Positions 53,734 through 64,000 of a DNA stretch of 64,000 nucleotides are shown piece by piece. How positions within the stretch are numbered: position 1 is the first letter of the stretch; each line of letters begins with the position of its first letter. The notes beneath the pieces are model-generated. The model did no database searches, was not told the DNA's origin, and saw only the letters and a list, made by a program, of their open reading frames with translations. This DNA comes from the human T2T-CHM13v2.0 reference genome, Homo sapiens. The DNA lies in assembly GCF_009914755.1 (NCBI RefSeq), contig NC_060938.1. One strand, 5' to 3'. Made by a program: the position numbers and the translations under genes.

Positions 53734-54259
53734 TTATCTACACAAAATCAAAATCTTTCATCCAATTGGAACTTATTTTGTGCGCAATATGAAGTAAAGA
53801 CATGATTTTAATATTTTATTTCCCAAGTATATAAACCTTTAGGTGGGCCCTAATTGTGGGGAGCCTCAAATTCTCTTTGGAGAACTGTGTTCGGACTTTG
53901 TTCTGTGGTGATACATCAAAGGTGTGGGAGCTGGAAAGTCACACTGGCCCTGCTTTCACTCATACTGTAGTGAACTACAGGGGGCTTTGAAGCTGGGTAG
54001 CAAGAGGACTGGTGGGTGGTGGTTGGAAAGTGGCAAAAGCTAGAGGAAATCATAGTGTTTCAATGACTACTTGAATGATTTTATGCTGCTCGTTTGAGTC
54101 TAATTCCCCTCTCTTTAAGATGTACTTGAAGTATTAACATTTCCATATGAAGGCATTATAATATCAACAAGTTTGAAATACCTTTAAATCAATAACTAAC
54201 TCCTCCTCCTCCCACTTTTTCTGTCTCCCACTCTCACCTTTTTAAAATGAAGCTAGATC

Positions 54260-54564
54260 TGCCAGGCACAGTGGCTTGTGCATGTAACCCAGGCACTTTG
54301 GGAGGCAGAGGTGAGAGGATTCCTTGAGCCCAAAAGCTCAAGCCTGGGCAGTGTAGAGACCCCTGTCTCTACAATATATATATATAAAATTAGCTGGGCA
54401 TGCTGGTACACTCCTGTAGTTCCCGCTACTTGGGAGACTGAGGCAGGAGGATTGCTTGAGCCTGGGAAGTCAAGGCTGTAGTGAGCCGTGTTTGCCCCAC
54501 TGCCCGCCAGCCTGGGTGACAGAGTGAGACCCTGTCTCAATCAATCAATCAATCAATAAATAAA
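54260..54564 (+). mobile_element. AluJ with (TCAA)n tail
   Basis: Sense Alu dimer with a small internal deletion. Confidence 0.88.
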
Positions 54565-56089
54565 CTAGACCTAGAACAGAGGTTCCTAGCACAGGATTAC
54601 TAGCTAGGGGACCTCAGGTGAATTCCTTAATCTCTTTGTACAATCTCTTATCTGTACAATGAAGATGATAATACTGCCTAGTTCATGGATTGTATTATCC
54701 TATGGTATGGATACCTGAGTCCTTAGTTACTGTTTTTTGATTACATAAAGTATTAATGAACACTATTTATTTGTCATTTAAATTGTTTCCTGACTATATG
54801 ATAGACATATTTCAAGGTTACATTAATTTGAACTATTTTTTCAGTTTAGGAACATGGCATGTATATTATTTTTGTGCAGCATTCGGGATGGTACCATGAA
54901 CAATTAGTCACTTCACAAGCACTTTGGCTATTTGTTTATTATTTTAATTAGCAGGGAAAAGTAATTTACTCCTGGCCTGAAGCGGCTACTCCTACACTTA
55001 GAGTAAAGCTGCCCATACAGAGTGCTCACAGGGCAGTGAGATGTGATGTAAATGCAGTAAAATCGCAGGGTTGGCAGATCTTTTTCTGCAGAATGCTTCT
55101 CATCTTGAGAGCATTCAGCAACCATTTTTGAACACATTGTATTAGGGAGTGAAATAACAGACCTTAGAGGGTGGATTATGATCTCAATTTTACAGATGAG
55201 CATGCAGAAACCCAGAGAGGGAAAGCAACTGGCCCACATGGTAAAGCTGTGTGTCCCAGGCTGGCTTTGTCTGTTTCTACAGCAGGAGCTACCTTCTGGG
55301 AGGCCTGAGGATGCCTGAGTGCATCAGTCTCCAAAGCAAGGCTGTTCAGAGGCCCCGCTCTAGGGAACTGTGGAGCACGAGACTTTTATCGTGAACTTCT
55401 GAGAAACATGTTGCCCTCTTCCAGCACAGATCTCATGGAGGATCTCTAGAGCGTTTATTTCTTTTGACTATTCATGGCAACAAACTCCAGTACATTTTAT
55501 CTGCCATTCTCCCCACCTCATTTTTTAGTTGCCTGAATTTGGAGAGAGAGGGGTTGGTACAGAGGAATATAAAATAAACATGTGTGGGCCTGCTAAGTGT
55601 ACTGAGCAAAGCACATTCATCTACACTATATTATCTAATTGGTTTTTCTTTTTCTTTTTGAGCTTTTAAAAAATGGTGAGATATTACACAAGAAAATGAA
55701 CACAACACAAAACAATGGTTTATCACAAAGAGAAAATCTGAGAAGCCATCACCAAGGTTAAAAAGCAGAATGTTAACTAGCATCCCGACTGCCGTAGTAC
55801 TGCCTGCCCACTCACCATCACCGTCCCACTCCCAAGATGGCTACTCTCTGGACTTTTATGGTTATCACTTTCTTGTGTTTATTTGTAATACACCAGCTGA
55901 GTCTACATCCATAAGCACCACAGTTTTTGAACTTTGTGTGATGAAATCATACATTATGTACCCCTCGGTGTCTGGCTTCTTCGCTCAACATTATGTTTGT
56001 GAGACATTCATCTGTGTTGCTTCCCAAAGCTGAAGTTTTAAGTCTCGGGGTCCAGCATTATTCTTTTAAACGCAGAAAGAGCAAGAGTG

Positions 56090-56770
56090 TTAAGTAAGCA
56101 GTTGGTTAAGCTCCGCAAAAGCTGCCAATCCAGGCGGCTTCAGTCCAAGAGGCTCTTCGGGAGCAGCGTCTTTTTAGCGCCGGGAGAAGTGAGGCCTGGG
56201 TTTGGGGTCCAAGTCCGAGGCTGCCCCGGAGCGGGTCCCGCAAGGCGGGTGCACTTGAGGTGGGCGCCACGGTGCTGGGGGCTCCTACAGGGCAGAGGCG
56301 CGGAGAGGCGGGGCGGGGGAGGGCGCGCGGCTCGTTGCTGGGCGACCGAGCGCGTCCTCTCTTCGGTGGAGCCAGTCGAGCCCACCCGGCCCCTAGGCAC
56401 AGGAAAGGCCTGTTGGACACTCGCCGAGCGGCGGGGCCAAGCTCACCGCCACCTGAATTGGAGCGGAGGCGCCCTCGATGCCGGGTGAGAGGAGAACGCG
56501 GCCTGGGGCGCGGTGACTTCGTGTGGGCGCTTTGCGAAGGAGAGGTGCGTTGTTTGGGCGGAGCGGTTGTCCCCTCTGTTCCGCCTCGCTAATCCGCTGT
56601 GGCAGGTTCACCCCGGCAGAAATCAGGGTAGAAAAAGGGGCTGGGGCACTGGGGCTGGAGTTTGGGCTGCCTTTCGTGGGAGAATGAGCACGGGTTGAAG
56701 AGGAGCTGGAAGGATTGAGAACCTGGTGGAAGGGAGAGGTAGGTGCACGACGCCACACGGGGCTGTGGGG
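56090..56770. promoter_or_regulatory. Isolated CpG island ~16 kb upstream of FOXA1
   Basis: Sharp CpG-dense block with GC boxes between repeat-rich flanks. Confidence 0.8.
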
Positions 56771-59700
56771 ACAAGAGAAAAAGAGGCTAGGAAGGAGAAA
56801 GAGGGGGATTCAAAGAGACTTCGGGAGGTGAAAGGTCACAGTGGAGGGACTTTAATTTCCATCTACCTGACCTCTGCTGTCCCTTTACAGGGCAGCTTGT
56901 TTTGAGTAAACCTCAACCACCATTAGGTGGTTGCCCCACTAGGGTCGATGTGTGTAGTTTCAGAATAGAGACCAGTTTCCTGAGTTTGGCTCCAACTCCT
57001 TGGTGGACGGTGAGACACTGTGGGCTTAATGCAAGGATTGTTGGCATTGAAACCCACGACCCACAATGGAACTGTTGCAAACTACTGCTGCAGAAATTTA
57101 AAGGAGATCAATAGTTTTTTTTTTTTAACATGCAAATCTAAAAGTTGAACAAATTGCTTTTTTCATATCTACAACTTTATAGAGGCATAATTTATATTCA
57201 GTAAGTTGCACAAATGAACAGTTGTACAATGTACAAGGTACAGGCATACAATTTGATGAGTTTTGACAGATTCATACACCTTTGAAACATTTCCTGCAAT
57301 CAATATAACCGAACCTTTTCATTCTTCTGCCCTCTTTGCTCTTCATCCCTGCTTTTAGCCCACACCATGTAACCAATCACGGATCTGCTGTGTGACACTA
57401 TAGAAGAGGTTGCATTTTCTAGAATTTTATACACAAGAAAGCATACAGTATATGCTCTTTTGTGTCTGACTTCCTTTACTTGGCATAATGATTTGCCATG
57501 ACCTTTGCCTTGATTACTGTAGCTTACTATAATAGGTTTTGAAATTGGATAGTGCAAGTCCTCTAGCCTTTTCTTTTTAAAAATCACATTGGTGATTTTA
57601 AGTCATTTGAATTTATGTATACATTTTAGATTCAGCTTGTAATTTCTATTTAAAAACCTGCTGTATTTTTTATTGGGATTGCATTGACTGTATAGATCTA
57701 TTTGGGAGAATCGTGATTTTAAGAATATTGAGTCTTCTAATCTATGGACATGATATGTCTCCATTTATGTAGATCTTTAATTTCTGCAAATAAGATTTTG
57801 TAATTTTCAGTGTAGAGATTTTGGACATTTTTTGTCAGATTAATTCCTAAATTTTATGTTTTGTGGAGGCACTAGTGTAAGTGGAATTTTAAAAATATTT
57901 TCCAGTTGCTTGCTGCTACTATATAAACATGGAACTGATTTTGTATGTTGTTAACTGTGTATTGTGCAACCTTGATACTTTCACTCTTAGTACATATAGA
58001 TTTTTGTAGATTCCTCAGGATTTTTATCCTAAAAATTATGTCATCTGCAAATAGGGACGCTTTAACCTTTTCCTTTTCAATCTTTATTACTTTTATTTCT
58101 TTACCTTGCCATATTGCAATGGCTAAGACCTTCAGTATGATGTTGGATATGCATGAAAAGAGTGAGACATTTTTTCCTTGTTTCCAATTTTAGGGGGAAA
58201 GCATAAATATAATGTTAGCTGTAAATTTTTTGAGGATTCTCTTAATCAGATTGAGGATGTTCTCTATGATTCACAGTTTGCCTAGAGCTACTAATTTATT
58301 TTTATCCTGAATGGTTGTTGAATTATGTCAAATGTTTTTTACTACCAAAATAATCATAATATTTTCATGTACTCTGTTAATATAGTGAATTATATTGATT
58401 TGCAAATAAATATAATAAAATCAGATACTTAAATCAATTTTTCAACCCTCGGATAAACTCTATTTGGTCAAAATGTATTATCCTTTTCAAAAATATATTT
58501 TTGGATTTGATTTGCTAATATTTTGTTAATGATTTTTGCATGTATGCGCATAAGGAATATTAGTATGTAATTTTCTTTCTTTAAAAAATGCCTTTGTCAG
58601 GTTTAGTATTATGGTTATGTAGGTATCATAAAATAAATTTTCCTCCCTCCTCTATTTGCTGAAAGAAATTTATGTAAGATGGGTGTTATTTCTTTCTTGA
58701 ATACTTGAGAAAACCATCCAGGGCTGGAATTGTCTTTGTGGTAAGATTTTTTGATAACAGATAAAATTTTTTAAAAATATAGAGCTATTCAGATTTCCTG
58801 TTTCTTATGTTAATTTTGGTAAGTTGTAGTTTTCAGAATTGCCCATTTCATCTAAATTGTTAGATGTTGTTGGTATAGTGTTGTTTATCACATTTTTAAA
58901 ATTGTCCTTTAGTATCTTTAGGTTTTATAGTGAAATCCTCTTTCATTCCTGATATTGGTGATTTTCGTTCTCTTAAACAGGCTAGCCAGATGGGTTTTTA
59001 AATTTTGTTGAGATTTTAAAAGAACCAACCTTTGACTTAGTTAATTTTCTCAATTCTTTTTCTGTTTTCCATGTGATTGATTTATATCCTTATATTTATT
59101 ATTTCCTTCCATTAGTTTGAGTATGCATTATTCTTCTTTTCCTAGATTCTTAATATGGAACTTTAGGTTATTGATTTTAGACCTTTCTTCTTTTTGATTT
59201 CATCATTTAGGGTATAAGTTTCCTTCTAAACACTGCTTCAGCTACACCCCACACATTCTGATATGTTGTGTTTTCATTATTATTCAGTCTAAAATATTTT
59301 TTAAGATTTAATAATATCTTTTGTTTTTCATTTCCTTACCTATTGGCTTTTTAGTTGCACCTCTTTGTATTACTTTAAAAATGGTTTCTCCAGTAATTAC
59401 AATATACCTTCTTAACATTTCAAAGTCTACTTAAAGTTGATATTGAACTAGTTCACATAAAATGCAGAAACTGTACAACCATATAGTTCCTTTACCCACA
59501 CCTATCCCAGTCTTTTTGGTTCTGGTTGTCATATGTACTGCACCTACCTACATAAACATCCCACAACACAATATCATAATTTTCGTACATTATTTTTAAA
59601 CTTAAGAGAAAAAAATAGCTTCATGCACTTACTCAGACATTTGACATTTCTCATCTTCATTCATTTTTAAAGATTTAAATTTCCTTCTGGTATCATTTCT

Positions 59701-59864
59701 CTTCTGCCTGAAGACCATTCTTTAGCATTTCTTGTAATTCCTATCCGCTGGTGAGTAATTCTCTTAGGTTTTTTTTTTTTAATCTGAATATGTCTTTATT
59801 TTGTTTACCTTTTAAAAAAGAATATGCATGCTAGGTATAGAATACTTGGTTGACAGTTTAAATT

Positions 59865-60168
59865 AATAAATTAATTAATTTATTTATTGAGACAGAGTCT
59901 TGCTGTGTTGCCCAGGCTGGAGTGCAGTGTCACAATCTTGGCTCATTGCAGCCTCTGCCTCCTGGATTCAAGAAGTTCTCTTGCTTCAGCCTCCCACGTA
60001 ACTGGGATTACAGCTGCCCAGCACCATGCCCAGCTAACTTTAGTATTTTTAGTACAGATGGAGTTTCACCATGTTGGCTGGGCTGGTCTCAAACTCCTGA
60101 CCTCAAGATATCTGCCTGCCTGGGCCTCCCAAAGTGCTGGGATTACAGGCATGAGCCACTGCACCTGC
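59865..60168 (-). mobile_element. AluS element
   Basis: Antisense Alu dimer with ttagtatttttagta linker. Confidence 0.92.
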
Positions 60169-60755
60169 TCTGGGTTGACATTTAAAAAAAATCTTTTAGC
60201 ATGTTACAAATCCTGTTTCCCTGTCTTCTGTTCTTAGGGGTGTCTGATGAGAAGTCCATGGTCTTTGAATTATTGTTTCCCTGTCAATAATGTGTTGTTT
60301 CTCTCTGTCTGCTTTTGAATTTTGTCTTTGTCTTTGTTTTTCATCACCTTACATATGATTTTCTTTACATTTATTCTGATTGAGATTCACTGAGCTTCTT
60401 GAATTTATAAATTTGTCTTTCTTCAAATTTAGGAAGTTCTCAAACATAATTATTTTTTATTTTTTGAGACAGATTCTCTCTTTGTCACTCAGGCTGCTGG
60501 AGTGCAGTGGAGCAATCATTCTCCTTTTTCCTTGGGATACTAATTATCTGAATGTTAGCGCTTTTTGGTATTATCCTTACAGGGATATCAGGCTTTCTTT
60601 TTTGTCTTTTCTTATAATGGATAATTTCTGTGCATTTATCTTTAAACTCAGTTACTCTTTTCTCTGACATCTCCATTTTCCTAATCAAATTTTTTTGAAA
60701 ATATATTTTCAGGTATAAAATTTCTATTTTTATTTTTTTAATTTCTTTGCCAAGA

Positions 60756-61008
60756 TTTTCTTTTTATTAATCTCTAGCATATTTTCCTTTACTTCATTGA
60801 GCATAGTTATAACAGTTGCTTTAATGTCCTTTTCTAATAATCTGAACATCTGAGTCATTTCTGGACAGGGATCTGTTCAATTTTCTTTTTCTTTTTATTA
60901 ATCTCTAGCATATTTTCCTTTACTTGATTGAGCATGGTTATAAGAGTTGCTTTAATGTCCTTTTCTAATAATCTCAACACCTGAGTCATTTCTGGACTGG
61001 AATCTGTT
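60756..61008. repeat. Tandem duplication, 131-bp period
   Basis: 60756-60877 versus 60887-61008, 7 substitutions in 122 bp. Confidence 0.94.
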
Positions 61009-61669
61009 TATTATGTTTACCTCTGAGAATGATTCAATTTTCCCAAGGCTTTTCATGCCAAGTATTTTTGGACTATATCCTGGACATTGTGAATGTTTTG
61101 TCATGTAGAGTCTAGGTTCTGTCATATCCTTTCTGAAGAATGTTGTTATTTTCCATTTAGCAGGCATTTCACCAGTCAGTTAAACTCACTGTAAGACTTG
61201 TCTTACTCTGTGGTTGGTGGTTCAGTTCAGCTCTTTAAGCCTTTACTGTGCTACTTTGAGTTTGTCCTGCATATACGTGAATCAAAGGTCAGTCGGAGAC
61301 GTGTGGGGTTTAGATAGAATTTGGGGATTATCTTCTCTGGGTCTCTTCCTTCTGGAATTTCTCTCTCACTTCTCAGTGATGTTTGTTGTCTGGGCTCCTT
61401 TCCCTGATTCTTCTGGCTAGAATGATGAAGGGCTTCCTATCAATGTTTTTGACACTTGCACTATGCCATTTCTGCAGTTATGGACTGTGTTTGAAGAAAA
61501 ACCACAATAAACCTGGAAACTTCTCTCCAGGCCAGTTTACACAAATGTTGACTTTCCTCTACAATCTTCCTGCTTTTGTTTACTCTGAAGAATTCTTAGG
61601 TCAATAAAAAAAATTTCTCCAGACTTTATATGTTGCTGTGAGGAATTGATCTGTAAAGATGCATCTGTG

Positions 61670-61882
61670 AATTAGCCAGGCATGGTGGCGGGTCTCTGTA
61701 GTCCCAGCTACTCAGGAGGCTGAGGCAGGAGAGTGGCGTGAACCCGGGAGACGGAGCTTGCGGTGAGCGAAGATCGCGCCACTGCACTCCAGCCTGGGTG
61801 ACAGAGTGATACTCTGCCTCAACACTGCACTCCAGCCTGGGTGGAAGAGTGATACTCCATCTCAAAAAAAAAAAAAAAAAAA
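61670..61882 (+). mobile_element. 5'-truncated AluY-like right monomer with duplicated 3' end and TSD
   Basis: ggcgtgaacccgggag...ggagcttgc (Y diagnostics); TSD aaagatgcatct(g/a)tg at 61655-61669 and 61880-61894. Confidence 0.92.
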
Positions 61883-62009
61883 GATGCATCTATGGCTCTC
61901 CAACAAATTGCTTTTGAAACTGACAGCAGGCAATATTTTAACATGTCAAAAGTACAATGACCATTAAACATACACACGCATCATTTTATTTTTATTTATT
62001 CTTAAAAAA

Positions 62010-62299
62010 AATTATTTTTATTTAAGACAGAGTCTTTGTCACCCAGGCTGGAGTGCAGTGGCACAATGATGGCTCACTGCAGCCTTGACCTCCTGGGCTC
62101 AAGCAATCCTTCTACCTCAGCCTCCTGTCTAGCTGGAACCAGAGGCATGTACCAACATGCCCGGTTAATTTTTTACTTTTTGTAGAGACAGGGTCTCCTT
62201 ATGTTGCCTTCGTTGGTCTTGAACTCCTGGGCTCAAGCGATTCTCCCTTCTTGGCCTCCCAAAGCGCTGGGATTGCAAGATGAGCCACTGCACCTGGCC
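62010..62299 (-). mobile_element. AluJ element
   Basis: Antisense Alu dimer. Confidence 0.9.
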
Positions 62300-64000
62300 A
62301 CATTTTATTTTTAAATTTTGGCTTTTTAAGCAATTAAAGGGAGTCCAAGAAGTGAAGATAGAAAGTGGGGAGAAGAAAAACGCAGGGGAGTATTTTGTTG
62401 TTTCATTAGCTGTTATGTATTTATATATGTATGTATTTTTGAATGTAAGTATATTCACAAGGGATATAGGCATATTCTAAGTGACTGTTATAAAGGGCTG
62501 AGCTTTTATAGTTATTGAAATTTCTGTGAGCTTTTGAATAGCTCAGAGAGAAACCTCTTCTGAGCCTGAAAAATAGCTTTTTCTCTATTTTCTATATCCT
62601 TTTAAATGAGCACATGTAAGTGGTTTTTACTATTATTGATATTAACAGGATTAAAGGCAGCTAAACAAGTATAGAAAGTGCAGAAAAATAGAAAAAAAAT
62701 CACTGTTTTCCCATTCTCTTAGCAAAATTATTAATATGTTTATATATTTCTTTTGAGGCTTTTTTTTGGTAAATGACAATGAGGACACAAACAGATCTCA
62801 TTTCTCCCACTGATATTTCAGAAGCAAATATTGTTTTCAGAATATTTTTGTTTTCCTTGCAAGGCTGAAGATTTTACTAAATGAGATAGATTGTCCTTGG
62901 GTTAAGAAGTTTCTTTTGGAACTTTAGTACTGTGCATTGGAAATTGACATTGGCCTGAAGTTTAGGAGGTATGTCAGTTGAGATGATATTTGATTATGGA
63001 CCTAGGAAAACCCAAATCTTGTTCTTAAAAGGTTATCCTTCTCAGTGTGGTCCCCTGACTACATATAGGAAGAGGTCAAGGTCTGGTAATTCATATTACT
63101 TTCTGGGCCCATTCCTAATGTAATACTCTGATGAGCTAGGCCTAACATATGCAGACTGCTTTCCCTTTTTGAGGTGGGTTTGTGTAGCTTGGAACCAAGT
63201 CATGTGGTAATCTGCTCCATTTATTTTGACTTTAGTTACAGTCTAGAGCAAAGTTTTGGATTTTCCGTTCCAACAGGAGAAATAGACACAACTGCAAGAA
63301 CCAGAGAGTAACCTGCAATGGTCTAGAGAATTCAAGTGTGCAGCCCTGCCTGAGTCTTTAGCCATTTTTGGCTGGAGAACTTTCTTCTGATGGCTGACCT
63401 GGTCTTGTGAGAGAGAAGAAAAGGCTGGCTCTTGACCCTTCTGACTGCTTCACTGCTCAGGCCTTGAACCTTCTGGCAGAAGAGAAAGGAAAAGGCATAG
63501 ACAGATTTTAAGAGCATTCTGTCCCGTTTTAAAGTGTAGGGTAAACATAATCAACCTGGTTTGTGAGCTGCCTATTTGACACATCATGTAGATGAATACT
63601 TTTTCCTTTAGAGACAACTACATTATTTTTCCCTTGGTATTGCCAAACTAGAACTAGTCTCTCTTAGTAAATTGCTCCTATGAAAAAGAGAACATGCTAT
63701 TTTCTCATGAGAATGAATGTTTAAAAGTCATTTTATGTATTTTGTGTTGTAGGAGTGGGTGGGGGAATAAAGGCACTTAGCTTTGATGGACTGGCCCATG
63801 AAGCACTGGTATACCACTCATCTTGAACGCACAATAGAAGTTCCTGTTGAATTTAGAAGTTCTATTTCCTGTTGGTTTAATTTTAGATAGAAAGAGCAAC
63901 TTTCCTGTTAAGAACTCATGGGAATGTACTGAGAAGTGTTAAACAATGAACACTTGTTAAACTTCAATAGCAAACCAAAGGCCTGGGAGAAGTGGGAAAG

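Larger units (their letters stand above)
57170..61600 (-). mobile_element. Old L1 (L1M) fragments
   Basis: Antisense L1 ORF2/3' motifs (ttttattgggattgcattga; gtcatctgcaaatagg; tctgatgagaagtc). Confidence 0.7.

Noticed and set aside
41138-64000. TTC6 TPR coding exons
   Set aside because: No TPR-like ORF seen; coding exons probably lie right of the window.

Overview
Human (great-ape-type) genomic DNA containing the complete FOXA1 gene on the minus strand. It has two coding exons, 40104-40033 and 37843-36497, giving 472 aa, and carries the Thr83 allele. The gene lies in a ~20 kb CpG-island-rich, almost transposon-free domain (~27-46 kb). A divergent + strand non-coding first exon and a probable second exon fit the 5' end of TTC6; no TTC6 or MIPOL1 coding exons are visible. 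The left 25 kb is AT-rich and repeat-rich (SVA, L1PA2-like fragment, Alus, old L1/L2). It holds a probable two-exon + strand lncRNA (recalled as EST14/RP11-356O9.1) and a FOX/GATA motif-dense enhancer candidate. Three observations stand out. (1) A non-Alu 114-bp ungapped inverted repeat at 17.7-18.3 kb, where 9 of 12 arm differences remain G-U pairs in + strand RNA. (2) A FOXA1 leader with an in-frame CUG in good context interlocked with a uORF that overlaps the main ATG. (3) A 157-bp, 97.5% identical direct duplication bracketing the LTR-derived putative TTC6 exon 2. lncRNA names and repeat subfamilies are recalled or judged by eye, not searched.
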